Notes: generated by a model not told the origin, from the sequence alone. A stretch of 64,000 nt of DNA from an uncultured Chloroflexia bacterium (GCA_963819655.1 CAWFXA010000002.1:864001-928000); one strand, 5' to 3'; counted from the stretch's first letter, positions 1 through 10,335 are shown. Numbers and translations: made by a program.

Positions 1-1
1 G

Positions 2-142
2 TGCACGTCACGGACCCAGGTCGTGAACCCGATGCCCCCGATCATGGAGCCGGGCGAATTCTTCATGCCGTACCCGCTCGAGGTCGAGGTCGGCGGGGCC
101 ACCGTCTTCGTCGTCCCGGTCGACCGATTCGAGCGGCTGTAG
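2..142 (+). CDS. darA: cyclic-di-AMP receptor, PII-like (DarA/PstA/YaaQ), 3' part only
   Basis: Not in ORF track. Frame +2 reads ...FFMPYPLEVEVGGATVFVVPVDRFERL*, matching the characteristic DarA C-terminus PxEVEVGGATVFVxPV. Confidence 0.85.
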   Translation, partial: CTSRTQVVNPMPPIMEPGEFFMPYPLEVEVGGATVFVVPVDRFERL

Positions 143-147
143 CCGCC

Positions 148-765
148 GTGCGCGACCAGGGCGCTGGGTCACCGATGGCGATCGCGGCCTACGCCTGGGT
201 CGACGCGCTTCACGACGGTGCGCCGGACGTCGTCGCCGCGTGGCGCGGGATCGAGGAAGGTCGTTTCATCTCCGTCGGGCGCGAGGTTCGGATGCGAGCG
301 GGAACCGGGACGGCCGAGCGGACGGTCGCGCAGCTCGCGACGCTCGCCAACGCTCTATCGGAGATGGTGAGCCGCATGCCGGACGATCTGCTCGCCGCGC
401 CGGGCGGGGAGGCCGACTGGAACGTGGCCGAGGCGACCGGCCATGTCGCCGATGCGCGCGCCGGCACGAGCCTGGCCGCCGCGAAGGCCGCGGCGGGCCT
501 GTGGCCGGCCGATGCCCGCCCGGTCGAGCCCGGGATACCCGGTCCTCCCGGCGCGGACCGCCAGGCGCTCATGAAGCGCATAGCGCAGAGTCAGCGGCTC
601 GTCGAGCGGGCCGGTCGAACCGTCGCCGGCCACGAGTCGGATCCCTGTCCGCTCGAGCATCCGCTCGTCGGTCGACTCCGTTGCGGGGAGTGGCTGCTGT
701 TCGCGGGCGTCCACGACCTCATGCACCTCGAGCAGCTGCACGACCTCGTGGCGGCAGCCCGATGA
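148..765 (+). CDS. DinB family protein
   Basis: WNVAEATGHV and HDLMHLEQL His motifs of the DinB superfamily; start GTG148 or ATG175. Confidence 0.7.
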   Translation: MRDQGAGSPMAIAAYAWVDALHDGAPDVVAAWRGIEEGRFISVGREVRMRAGTGTAERTVAQLATLANALSEMVSRMPDDLLAAPGGEADWNVAEATGHVADARAGTSLAAAKAAAGLWPADARPVEPGIPGPPGADRQALMKRIAQSQRLVERAGRTVAGHESDPCPLEHPLVGRLRCGEWLLFAGVHDLMHLEQLHDLVAAAR

Positions 766-1268
766 GCCCGATGCGCCCCGACCTCGTCGACTGCTGGATG
801 TTCCGGGTCGTCCATTCCGCCCGCGATGTGCCGAGCACGGAGATCCTGTTGCTGCGGCGCGCGCCGGGCCGGATCCTGCCCGGGCTCTGGCAATGCGTGT
901 CCGGATCGGTCGAGTCGGACGTGCGGATCGCCACCGAGGCCCTGCGCGAGCTGAAGGAAGAGACCGGCTTCGGTTCGGAGCAGATCGAGGCCTTCTACGA
1001 TCTCGATTTCGTCAACCAGTTCCATGAGCCGTCCTACGACGCGGTCGTCACGGCCGCGATCTTCGCGGTCCGGGTCAGGGACGGCGCCCAGCCGAGCCTG
1101 TCCCACGAGCACGACGACGCGAAATGGGTCGCCGTGGAGGACGCCTACGTCGAGGTGATCTGGCCCGGCTACCGGACGGCGATCGAGCGCATCCGGGACG
1201 ACCTCATAGATCCCGAGCGTGCCGCCTGGTTCGAGCTCACCCTGGACGGGGACCGGAAGCCGCACTAG
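762..1268 (+). CDS. NUDIX hydrolase
   Basis: Nudix box-like GSVESDVRIATEALRELKEETG and LSHEHD..W; ATGA overlap with upstream stop. Confidence 0.85.
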   Translation: MSPMRPDLVDCWMFRVVHSARDVPSTEILLLRRAPGRILPGLWQCVSGSVESDVRIATEALRELKEETGFGSEQIEAFYDLDFVNQFHEPSYDAVVTAAIFAVRVRDGAQPSLSHEHDDAKWVAVEDAYVEVIWPGYRTAIERIRDDLIDPERAAWFELTLDGDRKPH

Positions 1269-1298
1269 GTCCTGAGGCGGATGCCCGGTCCCGCGCGG

Positions 1299-1304
1299 TA
1301 GAAT
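1299..1304 (+). promoter_or_regulatory. -10 element (TAGAAT) upstream of guaB3
   Basis: TAGAAT in intergenic region, AGGAGG RBS before GTG1348. Confidence 0.5.
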
Positions 1305-1347
1305 CGGGGTCGAGGCGGCCCACCGTGAGGCGGCACAGGAGGGCGAC

Positions 1348-2553
1348 GTGATCGACCGGACTGACGTACCCGACGCGAGCAGCCCGGCCGCCGCGCGCCG
1401 CGCCGCCGCGCGCCGCGCCTTCCGCTCGAAGGTCGACACGATCCGGCCGACATACGGCTTCGAGGACGTCTCGCTCGCCCCGGGCACCGACACGATCGAG
1501 CCGTCGGACGTCGACCTGGCGCAGGTCTTCTGCGGCATCGACCTTGCGATCCCAGTCCTCGCGTCGGCGATGGACGCGGTGGTCGACGCGCGGATGGCCG
1601 GCGAGCTCGCACGGCTCGGCGGTCTCGCCGTCCTGAACCTCGAGGGGATCCAGACCCGCTACGACGACCCCGACGCGATCCTGGCCCGCATCGCCTCTGC
1701 GGCCGATGCCGACGTCCAGGATCTGCTCGCGCAGGCCTACCAGCGACCCATCCGCGAGGACCTCATCGCTGCCCGTATCGAAGCCATCCATGCCGCGGGC
1801 GCCAAGGCCGCTGTCGCGGCGACCCCCGGCGCCGCCCGTCGGTTCGGGCCGTTCAGCGCCGAGCACGGCGCGGACCTGTTCCTCGTCCAGAGCCAGGTCT
1901 CCTCGGCACGCCACCTGGCCAGTGGCTATGACCCGCTGTCGCTGGAGGAGTTCACGCGTTTCATGCCCATCCCGGTAGCCGTCGGCAACACGACCAACGC
2001 CGACGCGGCGTTCGCGCTGATGGAGCAAGGGGCGGCTGCCGTCTTCGTCGGTGTCGGACCTGGCGCCGCGTGCACGACCCGCGAGGTCCTCGGCATCGGT
2101 GTCCCGCAGGTGACGGCCATCAGCGACGTCGCTGCGGCGCGCGACGCCTATCTCAACGAGACCGGCCGGTATGTCCCGGTCGTCGCCGACGGCGGCATGC
2201 GGCGCGGCGGCGAGCTCGCCAAGGCGATCGCCGCCGGGGCCGATGTCGTGATGCTCGGATCGCCCCTGGCGCGAGCTGCCGAGGCTCCCGGTCGCGGAAC
2301 GAACTGGGGGATGGCGGCGCCATCGCCGACCCTGCCACGCGGGACGCGGATCACGGTCGGCACGGTCGGGCCGCTCGAGCGGATCCTGCTCGGCCCTGCC
2401 CATGTCACGGATGGCAGCGAGAACCTCATCGGCGCGCTGCGCCAGTCGATGGCAGCGCTGGGCGCACGGACGATCCGCGAGATGCAGGGCGTCGAGATGG
2501 TCTATGCCCCATCGACCCAGACCGAGGGCAAGTCCTGGCAGCGAGCCCGCTGA
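1348..2553 (+). CDS. guaB3: GuaB3-family IMP dehydrogenase
   Basis: SAMDAVV, GVGPGAACTTREVLGIGVPQ (catalytic Cys), ADGG, WGMA; no CBS domains. Confidence 0.9.
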   Translation: MIDRTDVPDASSPAAARRAAARRAFRSKVDTIRPTYGFEDVSLAPGTDTIEPSDVDLAQVFCGIDLAIPVLASAMDAVVDARMAGELARLGGLAVLNLEGIQTRYDDPDAILARIASAADADVQDLLAQAYQRPIREDLIAARIEAIHAAGAKAAVAATPGAARRFGPFSAEHGADLFLVQSQVSSARHLASGYDPLSLEEFTRFMPIPVAVGNTTNADAAFALMEQGAAAVFVGVGPGAACTTREVLGIGVPQVTAISDVAAARDAYLNETGRYVPVVADGGMRRGGELAKAIAAGADVVMLGSPLARAAEAPGRGTNWGMAAPSPTLPRGTRITVGTVGPLERILLGPAHVTDGSENLIGALRQSMAALGARTIREMQGVEMVYAPSTQTEGKSWQRAR

Positions 2554-2903
2554 CGACGGACGGCATCGGGGCGGATCTCTTCTTCGAGGGCAAGGTCGCG
2601 CGGCTGACGACCCGCGGCCGGCGGACGGGGCTGCCGCGACCCGTCGCGGTCGGCTATGTCGACGAGCCGGATGGATCGATCCTCATTGCCGCTGGCGACG
2701 GCGCGCAGTGGGCCACCAACCTGTTCGATCATCCGACGGCGGAGGTCGAGGTCGGCGACCGGCGGTTCACGGCGAAGGCCGAACCCCTCGAGGGCGCCGA
2801 TCACGCGCGGACCGTCCGCGGGCTGATCCTGCGCTACGGCACGCCCGCCGAGCGGCTCGGACGCGGGCCGACGTTCCGGCTTCGACCGATGGAAGTTCCC
2901 TGA
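2550..2903 (+). CDS. deazaflavin (F420)-dependent nitroreductase family protein
   Basis: LTTRGRRTGLPR...W..NL..HP..EVEVG split-barrel DDN motif; start uncertain (CTG overlapping guaB3 stop). Confidence 0.75.
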   Translation: MTTDGIGADLFFEGKVARLTTRGRRTGLPRPVAVGYVDEPDGSILIAAGDGAQWATNLFDHPTAEVEVGDRRFTAKAEPLEGADHARTVRGLILRYGTPAERLGRGPTFRLRPMEVP

Positions 2904-3370
2904 TGGCGATCGAGGTGACGGTCGACACGACGATCGAGCGTTCGCCCGAGGTGGTATTCGAGCGGATCGCGGACGTCGACGCATGGCCCGCGTGGCTTAT
3001 CGCGAGTGGCATCACGGCCGTTCGCCGCTCGAGCTCGGGGCCGATCGCGCGCGGCGAGAGCCTGGTGGTCGAGCAGGTAGCCGCCGGACGGCCCGCGACG
3101 TTCGCGGCGGAGGTGGCGGCTTTGGACGTCCCATCGCGGCTCGTGGTCAGTGGACGCGACGACGACGGCATCTCGATCGAGATCGAAGCCACGCTCGCGC
3201 CGACGGACGGGACATCGGGAACGGCCACCGCCCTGCGCTGGACTATCCGGATCGGCCTGCCTTTCCGACTCCGAGTCTTCGAAGGGATGGCACGCCCGCA
3301 GGTGCAGCGCGCCGTCGCACTCGACCTCGAGGCGCTGCGGCGCCGCCTGGAGTCGACCGCCGAGGACTGA
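2903..3370 (+). CDS. SRPBCC (polyketide cyclase/START-like) family protein
   Basis: IERSPEVVFERIAD..WPAW N-terminus and C-terminal DLEALRRRLE helix. Confidence 0.8.
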   Translation: MAIEVTVDTTIERSPEVVFERIADVDAWPAWLIASGITAVRRSSSGPIARGESLVVEQVAAGRPATFAAEVAALDVPSRLVVSGRDDDGISIEIEATLAPTDGTSGTATALRWTIRIGLPFRLRVFEGMARPQVQRAVALDLEALRRRLESTAED

Positions 3371-3393
3371 CATCCGTCCCACTCGCGACAGGA

Positions 3394-3421
3394 CGTTCGC
3401 CCGGTTTCGGCCGGGCGAACG
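3394..3421. other. 11-bp inverted repeat (possible terminator or regulator site)
   Basis: CGTTCGCCCGG-tttcgg-CCGGGCGAACG after the SRPBCC stop; no U-tract. Confidence 0.45.
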
Positions 3422-3440
3422 CGCGTGCACCATCGCGTCG

Positions 3441-3566
3441 ATGGATAGCTTCGGGATGGTCCTCATCGCCATCAGCGCCCTCGCCCTGCTGGAGGTTGCG
3501 GCCGCAAACCTTCGCGGTGAGGAGCGTCACCGTCGCGTCCGACGGTCTTCCCGCACCGTCCGCTAG
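3441..3566 (+). CDS. 41-aa small membrane protein
   Basis: MDSFGMVLIAISALALLEVAAANLRG plus Arg-rich tail; CACCAT 7 nt before ATG. Confidence 0.5.
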   Translation: MDSFGMVLIAISALALLEVAAANLRGEERHRRVRRSSRTVR

Positions 3567-3585
3567 GCATCTCGCGGTCCAGAGA

Positions 3586-4233
3586 CTAGGCGCGGCGCAA
3601 CCAGCTCAGCACCGCCAGCACGCGCCGATGATCGTCCGGCGCCTCCTCCAACCCGAGCTTGGAGAGGATGCTCGCGACGTGGGTCTCGACGGTCTTGTCG
3701 CCGACGACCAGCCGTGACGCGATCGCCCGGTTGGATCGGCCCTCGGCCATGAGCTCGAGGACCTCGCGCTCGCGCGGCGTGAGATCGTCGAGCGGGTTTC
3801 GGGCCCGACGCCGACCGACGAGCGCCGCAACGACGGCCGGATCCACTGCGCTGCCACCGCGGGCCACCCTGTCGACCGCGTCGAGCAGGTCGTCCACCGC
3901 CGCGACGCGCTCCTTGAGGAGGTAACCGACCCCACCCCGCCCGTCGCCGAGCAACCGGACCGCGTGGGCCGGTTCCACGTTCTGGGACAGGACGACGACC
4001 GGCACGCTCGGGTCGCGCGCGAGCAGACGCTCGGCAGCGACGAGGCCTTCGTCGGTGTGGGTGGGCGGCATTCGGATGTCGACGATGGCGACATCGACAT
4101 GCTCGCGCTCGATGAGCTCCAGGAGCGCGACGGCGTCGCCGACCGCGCCGACCACCTCGAAACCACCGTCGCGGAGCACGCGCACGATCCCCTCGCGCAG
4201 GAGAACGACGTCCTCCGCTACGGCAACGCGCAT
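3586..4233 (-). CDS. NarL/LuxR-family response regulator
   Basis: REC (VAED, DIRMPP, GYLLK) plus LTPREREVL..MAEGRSN HTH. Confidence 0.93.
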   Translation of the reverse strand: MRVAVAEDVVLLREGIVRVLRDGGFEVVGAVGDAVALLELIEREHVDVAIVDIRMPPTHTDEGLVAAERLLARDPSVPVVVLSQNVEPAHAVRLLGDGRGGVGYLLKERVAAVDDLLDAVDRVARGGSAVDPAVVAALVGRRRARNPLDDLTPREREVLELMAEGRSNRAIASRLVVGDKTVETHVASILSKLGLEEAPDDHRRVLAVLSWLRRA

Positions 4234-5993
4234 GGGAGATCCACCTCGAGCCAGGTCCCCGCGCCGTGGCGGCTGTCGATCCGGACGGTGCCCCCAAGGG
4301 CGGCGACGCGATCCTGCATGCCGGTCATGCCGGTCCCCTGCGTGGGATCGGCGCCGCCTCGTCCGTCGTCGCGGACCTCGACCCGAAGGTGATCGCCGGT
4401 CAGCGACGTCCTGACCTCGATCCGACCCGCGTCGGCATGTTTGATGGCGTTCGTCAGGGCTTCCGCGACTACGAAGTACGCGGTGGCTTCGACGGCCGCG
4501 GGAAGCCGCCGGTCGACTCCATCCTCGATCACCACCGGCATCGGGGTGCGGTCCGCGAGGGAGGCGAGTGCGGCCCCGAGGCCGGCCTCCGACAGGATCG
4601 CCGGGTGGACGCCGCGCGCCAGCTCGCGGATGTCGGCGATGGCCGCCGATGCCTCCGCGGTCGCGGCGTCGAGTTCGGCGAGGGTCCCGGCGTCGGCATC
4701 CGGCCCGAGACCGCGTCGGAGCATCTGGAGCGACAACTGCAACGAGACCAGCCGCTGCTGCGCGCCGTCATGGAGGTCTCGTTCGATCCGCCTGCGCTCG
4801 TCGTCCTGCGCCTCGACGATCCTGGCCCGCGATGCCCGCACGGAGTCCAGCTGCGAACGGACCTCTGCCTGGAGGCGCTCGTTCTCGGCGGCGAGGCGGA
4901 CGGCTGCGGCGGCGGCCGAGACCAGACCCGGATCGTCGCGAAGTGACGGATCGTGCTCGATGACGAGGTCTGGAGATGCCCCGTCGCCGATCGTCAGGAC
5001 CGTCCGCCCGGATCCGTCGGTGCCGGGGCGATCGCTGGGCCGGCCTGCCGCATCGGCGAACCCCGCGAATGCCGGCTCCCAGCGATACACCTTCAGGGAA
5101 GGATCGCCCAGGGCGTCCCTCAGCGACGCCTGCAGGACGGGCAACGGCGGGAGCCCGTCCAGGCGGACGACGAGGTCCGCGATCCGGCCACGCGCGGCGT
5201 CGTCGCGCAGGACGCCGATGAGGAGTCCGATCGCCACGAGCACGCGCAGGACCGCCAGGACGATCACCCGCAGCTCGCCGAGTGGCTCTCGCGCGTTGGT
5301 CGGCACGATGGTCTGCAGCAGGAACGTCACGACGAATCCGCCTGCCAGCAAGGCCCCGCCTAGCACGACCGGTGCCAGGCGGCGCCGCGCGGTCCCCGTG
5401 GCGCGCAGCCAGCGAGCCACGACGACCATCAGGACGCCGACGCTGAGGGCTGTCAGGAGCAGCGTCTCGACCCGTCCGATCGGGTCCATCGCGAGGTACG
5501 CCGTGAACCACGCGTCGACGGTCGAGATGCAGGTCGGGCAATCCCACCACGCGATCGGCCGCATGCCGACCGCCTTGACGATCGTCCAACCGGCCTGGAC
5601 CGCGATGAAGCCGATCGCCAGGAATCGGTCCACGCGGCGGTCGATCCGGCCCGTCGGGTAGGCGAGGATCACGAGGGCGAAGAGCGGATCGAACCAGCCG
5701 TGGGCGAGGGTCGCCAGGTACGACACGACTGCCACATCGGAGCTGATGAAGTCGCCGATGAACCAAGCGAAGCCCGTCAGGATCGCAAGGGGCCCGATCC
5801 GGTTGCCCGGTCGGCGATCCGCGATCAGGAGACCCGCGGCGATCATCGACCAGCCGACCGCGAGATCGGCGAGCAGGAGGGCCGGACTGCGCTCGGCCGT
5901 GCGGGTCAGCTGAGACGTCGCGAACGGTCCGCCGACCAGGGCGAGGATGCCGATGGCGGCGAGCCAGATGCGGCGCCTGGGCAGATCGCTCAT
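4218..5993 (-). CDS. membrane sensor histidine kinase (HisKA_3)
   Basis: Multiple TM helices, ERRRIERDLHDGAQQ, EALTNAIKHA, DDGRGG, GTGMTGM. Confidence 0.93.
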   Translation of the reverse strand: MSDLPRRRIWLAAIGILALVGGPFATSQLTRTAERSPALLLADLAVGWSMIAAGLLIADRRPGNRIGPLAILTGFAWFIGDFISSDVAVVSYLATLAHGWFDPLFALVILAYPTGRIDRRVDRFLAIGFIAVQAGWTIVKAVGMRPIAWWDCPTCISTVDAWFTAYLAMDPIGRVETLLLTALSVGVLMVVVARWLRATGTARRRLAPVVLGGALLAGGFVVTFLLQTIVPTNAREPLGELRVIVLAVLRVLVAIGLLIGVLRDDAARGRIADLVVRLDGLPPLPVLQASLRDALGDPSLKVYRWEPAFAGFADAAGRPSDRPGTDGSGRTVLTIGDGASPDLVIEHDPSLRDDPGLVSAAAAAVRLAAENERLQAEVRSQLDSVRASRARIVEAQDDERRRIERDLHDGAQQRLVSLQLSLQMLRRGLGPDADAGTLAELDAATAEASAAIADIRELARGVHPAILSEAGLGAALASLADRTPMPVVIEDGVDRRLPAAVEATAYFVVAEALTNAIKHADAGRIEVRTSLTGDHLRVEVRDDGRGGADPTQGTGMTGMQDRVAALGGTVRIDSRHGAGTWLEVDLPCALP

Positions 5994-6364
5994 CGATCGG
6001 GCGCTTCGGCGATCAACGCGCGCAATCCCCGGCCGTCGAGCTCGTCCTTCGCGACGAACCCGATCGCCGCGCTGGCAGCCAGACGACCAACGTAGGCACT
6101 CCGATCGCGGCTCGAGACCAGCACGACGGCCGGACCGCCATCCGTCGCCTCGGCGAGCCGCTCTGCGACCCCGAAGCCGTCGAGATCGGGCAGCCCGATG
6201 TCGAGCAGGACGACGTCTGGCTTGAGAGCCGCGATGGCGGTGAGCGCCGAGGCGGCGTTCTCCGCTTCGCCGACCACCGTCCAGCCATCACCCTCGAGCA
6301 GGCGGCGCGCCGTCGCGCGGAATCCCGCGTGATCGTCGACGACGACGACGGTCGTGGCCTTCAT
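5990..6364 (-). CDS. stand-alone receiver-domain response regulator
   Basis: VVDDH, DVVLLDIGLPDLDG, GFVAKD; no output domain. Confidence 0.88.
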   Translation of the reverse strand: MKATTVVVVDDHAGFRATARRLLEGDGWTVVGEAENAASALTAIAALKPDVVLLDIGLPDLDGFGVAERLAEATDGGPAVVLVSSRDRSAYVGRLAASAAIGFVAKDELDGRGLRALIAEAPDR

Positions 6365-6804
6365 GGCACGCGTACCCACGGTTGGCGATCGAGCATCGCA
6401 AAGAATTCGGCGTCCTCGGGCAACTCGGAATCGACATATGAGGTGACGAGTCGGTCGCCATCGAGCCGCCATCGGTGGCGGTGCCAGCCCCAGAACGACG
6501 GAGCATCGACCTCGATCGTCAGGAGATCGCCGTCGACGGCGTAGCGTCCTCGGGCAGGCCCGGTCAGCAACGTCTGACCCGCGGTCGCCTCCGGGACCTC
6601 GGCCCAGTCGCCGTCCGGCTCGAAGGTCCACGACAGGCGCACGGCTCCGAGGAACGGGTCGACGAACGCCTTGCTGAAGACGCCCGTCGGGAAGCCGTCC
6701 GGGCGCGTGCCGGCGGGCGGTGGCGTGGCAGTGGTGCCGAGGCAGCCCGCGACGGCAAGTGTCAAGGCGAGGATCAGCGCCCGGATGCGTCGCAGATGCC
6801 GCAT
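6361..6804 (-). CDS. putative lipoprotein
   Basis: MRHLRRIRALILALTLAVAGC lipobox; coupled to the receiver gene; TATCGT 7 nt before ATG. Confidence 0.65.
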   Translation of the reverse strand: MRHLRRIRALILALTLAVAGCLGTTATPPPAGTRPDGFPTGVFSKAFVDPFLGAVRLSWTFEPDGDWAEVPEATAGQTLLTGPARGRYAVDGDLLTIEVDAPSFWGWHRHRWRLDGDRLVTSYVDSELPEDAEFFAMLDRQPWVRVP

Positions 6805-6955
6805 GGCGGCAACGATACGAGGTCGCTGTGGCTCATCCATCCGGGTATGCCCGGAGGCGCGAATCGTCGCCAGCCCCGATGGCAGGACCGTCAAGGCGAC
6901 CGACTCTGAACCCACCGGCACGGATGTCCGCCGGCCAGGGCAGGAGGATCGGATC

Positions 6956-7876
6956 ATGCGAACGCGCATCGGGCGCCTCGTCGGCGCCACCGTCATCGCC
7001 ATCGTCGCCGGGGCATGTGCCGGCGCGTCGGCTCCCTCAGCATCGCCCGCCGCGACCGCCGCCGCGTCGGCGGCCGGTGGCGACCTCGTGGGCGACATCG
7101 ATATCGGCGGGCGGACGCTGAGCGTCGCCTGTCTCGGACCGGTCGACACCGGGCGGCCGACGGTCATCTTCGAGTCCGGGCTCGGCGCGGATCGGTTCGT
7201 GTGGGCCGACGTCTTCACCGGTCTGATGGCGACGGACCGCGGCTGCAGCTACGATCGGGCAGGCCTCGGCCAGTCTCAACCCGGTCCCAAGCCACAGACG
7301 ACCGACGGCCAGGTCGACGACCTGCACGCGCTGCTCCAGGCCGCCGGCGTCGAGCCCCCGTATGTGTTCGTCGCCCACTCGTCTGGCGGCTGGAACGCCA
7401 TGGTGTACGCCGGGCGGTATCCGCAGGAGGTGGCCGGCGCCGTCATGGTCGACGTCCGACCACCGGCTGCCAGCGAGCAATGGCTCGCCGCGCTGCCGCC
7501 CGAATCGTCGGCGGAGCCCGATGTCCTCCATCAGACTCGCGCGGAGCTGACCGATTTCGAGGGGGACCCGACCCTCAACCCGGAGGGTCTCGACCTGGCT
7601 GCGAGTGCAGTCCAGGCCAAGGCTGCGCCGGGCTTCGGTGACGCACCCCTGGTCGTCCTTACAGCGGGCGACCGCGTGGCGATCACCGAGGGACTGCCCG
7701 CGGATCTCGCCGCGAGTCTCGACGAGATCTGGATGGAATTGCAGACGGGCCTCGTCGGACTCTCGAGCAGCGGACGACAGGAGATCGTGCCGGACGCGAC
7801 CCATGACATGCCGTTCGAGCAGCCAGGTGTCATCGTCGACGCGATCAATGACGTGCTGGGCAAGGCAGCCGGCTGA
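6956..7876 (+). CDS. alpha/beta hydrolase lipoprotein
   Basis: Lipobox AGAC, FESGLG, YDRAGLGQS, nucleophile AHSSGG, His in ATHDMP; AGGAGG RBS. Confidence 0.88.
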   Translation: MRTRIGRLVGATVIAIVAGACAGASAPSASPAATAAASAAGGDLVGDIDIGGRTLSVACLGPVDTGRPTVIFESGLGADRFVWADVFTGLMATDRGCSYDRAGLGQSQPGPKPQTTDGQVDDLHALLQAAGVEPPYVFVAHSSGGWNAMVYAGRYPQEVAGAVMVDVRPPAASEQWLAALPPESSAEPDVLHQTRAELTDFEGDPTLNPEGLDLAASAVQAKAAPGFGDAPLVVLTAGDRVAITEGLPADLAASLDEIWMELQTGLVGLSSSGRQEIVPDATHDMPFEQPGVIVDAINDVLGKAAG

Positions 7877-7954
7877 CCGGACGCCAATGCGACCGGCCCG
7901 GGCTCGACCTGCCCGGGCCGGTACACTGCTGTCATCGGGTCGGCGCAGCGGAGG

Positions 7955-9703
7955 GTGGCATTGGCGGACACCGAGGGGTCAACACGGACCCAGCGTGATC
8001 GTGGCAAGACCGTCCACGGAGAGGCGGCGAATGCCGGTCACCGCGTCCTCGCCCCCGATGACGCCGAGGTCGAGGCGTACCTCGAGACAGCCCTCCACGC
8101 GCCCTCGCCGGACCGCACGACCGGCGACGCCGCCACGACGACCACCGGTCCTGTGGTCGTCCTCGATTTCGGGAGCCAGTTCGCCCAGCTGATCGCCCGA
8201 CGCGTCCGCGAGCTCGATGTCTATTCCGAGCTCCTGCCCCACGACACGCCATATGCCGAACTCGAACGGCGCGGGACTCGCGCCATCATCCTGTCCGGCG
8301 GCCCGATGTCGGTATACGACGAGGCAGCCCCGAAACCCGACCCGGCGGTGTGGAGTGGTCGCATCCCCGTCCTCGGCATCTGCTACGGCGCGCAGCTGAT
8401 GGCTCGCGAGCTCGGCGGCGACGTCCTGCCGACCGGCAAGCGCGAGTACGGGCCCGCGAGCGTCCAGCTCGACACCGACGACGGGCTGTTCCGCGGTCTC
8501 GATCGCGTTCAACCGGTCTGGATGAGCCATGGCGACTCGATCACGCGGCTACCCGAGGGCTTCACGTCGACCGCGCAGACCGACGCGACGCCGTTCGCCG
8601 GTCTCGAGGCGCCCGACCGGAACCTGTACGGCATCCAGTTCCACCCCGAGGTCGTCCACACGCCGCGCGGCAAGGACGTCCTGCGCAACTTCGTGACCGG
8701 TATCGCCGGTGTCGAGCCGTCCTGGACGGCGGTGAACTTCATCGAGACGACCGTGACCGGCATACGCGAACGGGTGGACACGCACGCGCGGGAGACCGGC
8801 TCCGATGGGAAGGTCATCTGCGCCCTGTCGGGCGGCGTCGATTCGGCGGTCGCCGCGGCGCTCGTCCATCGCGCAGTGGGCGACCGACTGACGTGCATCT
8901 ACGTCGACCACGGGCTCATGCGCAAGAAGGAGTCGGAGCTCCTGCGCGTCACGTTCGAACGCGATCTCGGCATGCAGCTCGTCATGGTCGACGCCCGCGA
9001 GCGGTTCCTGACTCGGCTGGCCGGGGTCGAGGACCCCGAGGCGAAGCGGCGGATCATCGGTGACGAGTTCATCCGCGTGTTCGAGGAGGAGGCGGCCAAG
9101 CTCGGCCGCATCGACTTCCTGACGCAGGGGACTCTCTATCCCGACGTCATCGAGAGCGCAACCTCCGAGACGAAGGCCGCGCAGAAGATCAAGACGCACC
9201 ACAACGTCGGCGGCCTGCCCGCGGACCTCCGTTTCAAGCTCATCGAGCCGTTGCGCTACCTGTTCAAGGACGAGGTCCGCAAGGTCGGGCTGGAGCTCGG
9301 GCTGCCGGAGGCGATGGTCATGCGCCAACCATTCCCGGGTCCCGGCCTGGCCATCCGCATCATCGGCGAGGTCACCGCCGAGCGGCTCGATACCCTGCGC
9401 GAGGCCGACTGGATCGTCATCGACGAGATCAAGGCCGCCAACCTCTACCGCAGCCTGTGGCAGAGCTTCGCGATCCTGACCCCGGTCCGGTCGGTCGGCG
9501 TCATGGGCGACGGACGGACCTACGCGAACGTCGTCGCCATCCGCGCCGTCACATCGGAGGACGGGATGACGGCCGACTGGGCGAAGTTGCCGTACGACGT
9601 GCTGGGCAAGATCAGCAGCCGGATCGTCAACGAGGTCGCCGGCGTCAACCGGGTCGTCTACGACATCAGCTCCAAGCCCCCGGCAACGATCGAATGGGAG
9701 TGA
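7955..9703 (+). CDS. guaA: GMP synthase (glutamine-hydrolysing)
   Basis: [43 protein letters not shown]. Confidence 0.97.
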   Translation: MALADTEGSTRTQRDRGKTVHGEAANAGHRVLAPDDAEVEAYLETALHAPSPDRTTGDAATTTTGPVVVLDFGSQFAQLIARRVRELDVYSELLPHDTPYAELERRGTRAIILSGGPMSVYDEAAPKPDPAVWSGRIPVLGICYGAQLMARELGGDVLPTGKREYGPASVQLDTDDGLFRGLDRVQPVWMSHGDSITRLPEGFTSTAQTDATPFAGLEAPDRNLYGIQFHPEVVHTPRGKDVLRNFVTGIAGVEPSWTAVNFIETTVTGIRERVDTHARETGSDGKVICALSGGVDSAVAAALVHRAVGDRLTCIYVDHGLMRKKESELLRVTFERDLGMQLVMVDARERFLTRLAGVEDPEAKRRIIGDEFIRVFEEEAAKLGRIDFLTQGTLYPDVIESATSETKAAQKIKTHHNVGGLPADLRFKLIEPLRYLFKDEVRKVGLELGLPEAMVMRQPFPGPGLAIRIIGEVTAERLDTLREADWIVIDEIKAANLYRSLWQSFAILTPVRSVGVMGDGRTYANVVAIRAVTSEDGMTADWAKLPYDVLGKISSRIVNEVAGVNRVVYDISSKPPATIEWE

Positions 9704-9721
9704 TGCGGTACCCCGCACACC

Positions 9722-9752
9722 CCGGACCGATGGGGTATTCCGGACCGATGGG
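9722..9752. repeat. short direct repeat CCGGACCGATGGG x2
   Basis: Copies at 9722-9734 and 9740-9752. Confidence 0.6.
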
Positions 9753-9771
9753 CGCGCGGTAGCATTCCGCC

Positions 9772-10308
9772 ATGGTCGACGACACGCATCCCGTGGCTGG
9801 GTCGACGGTCTCCGTCTGCCCGTGGTGCTCAGCCAACTACACCGGCGATCCCGAAACCTGTCCTTCCTGCGGCGCCGCGCTCGCGGTCGACCCGGCGACT
9901 GACCCCGCCCTGCCTGGCCTGACTGCCATCGACGCCGCCGCGATCGTCCGGGCGAAGACACCCGTCGCGCGACCGCGCAATCGACTGCTGTCCTGGATCA
10001 GCGGTGAGTACCCCGAGACGTCGCCCAGCGCGACGGAGGCCGGTGCGCTCGCCCCACCCGATCCCAGCGTCCGACGCGAGATGCTCCGTCTCGAGCTCGA
10101 GGCGGAGGTCGCGAACCTCCAGGCCGAGGCTGGCGCGCTCATGGCCGAGGCGACGCTCGAGGGTCACGCGCCCGAGGCATCACCGGAGACCGTGGCCGCA
10201 GCGGCCGCAGCGGTCGCAGACCTGAGCGACGTGTCGACCGAGCTCGCCGAGGTCGACGTGGCGCTCGACACCGACCCGCTCGGCGACGAGGACCGCCAGC
10301 CGGCCTGA
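9772..10308 (+). CDS. zinc-ribbon protein, hypothetical
   Basis: CPWC-x10-CPSCG, coiled-coil segment, acidic tail; TAGCAT 6 nt before ATG. Confidence 0.7.
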   Translation: MVDDTHPVAGSTVSVCPWCSANYTGDPETCPSCGAALAVDPATDPALPGLTAIDAAAIVRAKTPVARPRNRLLSWISGEYPETSPSATEAGALAPPDPSVRREMLRLELEAEVANLQAEAGALMAEATLEGHAPEASPETVAAAAAAVADLSDVSTELAEVDVALDTDPLGDEDRQPA

Positions 10309-10335
10309 TCCGGACGGCCGCGTAGACTTGCGGTC

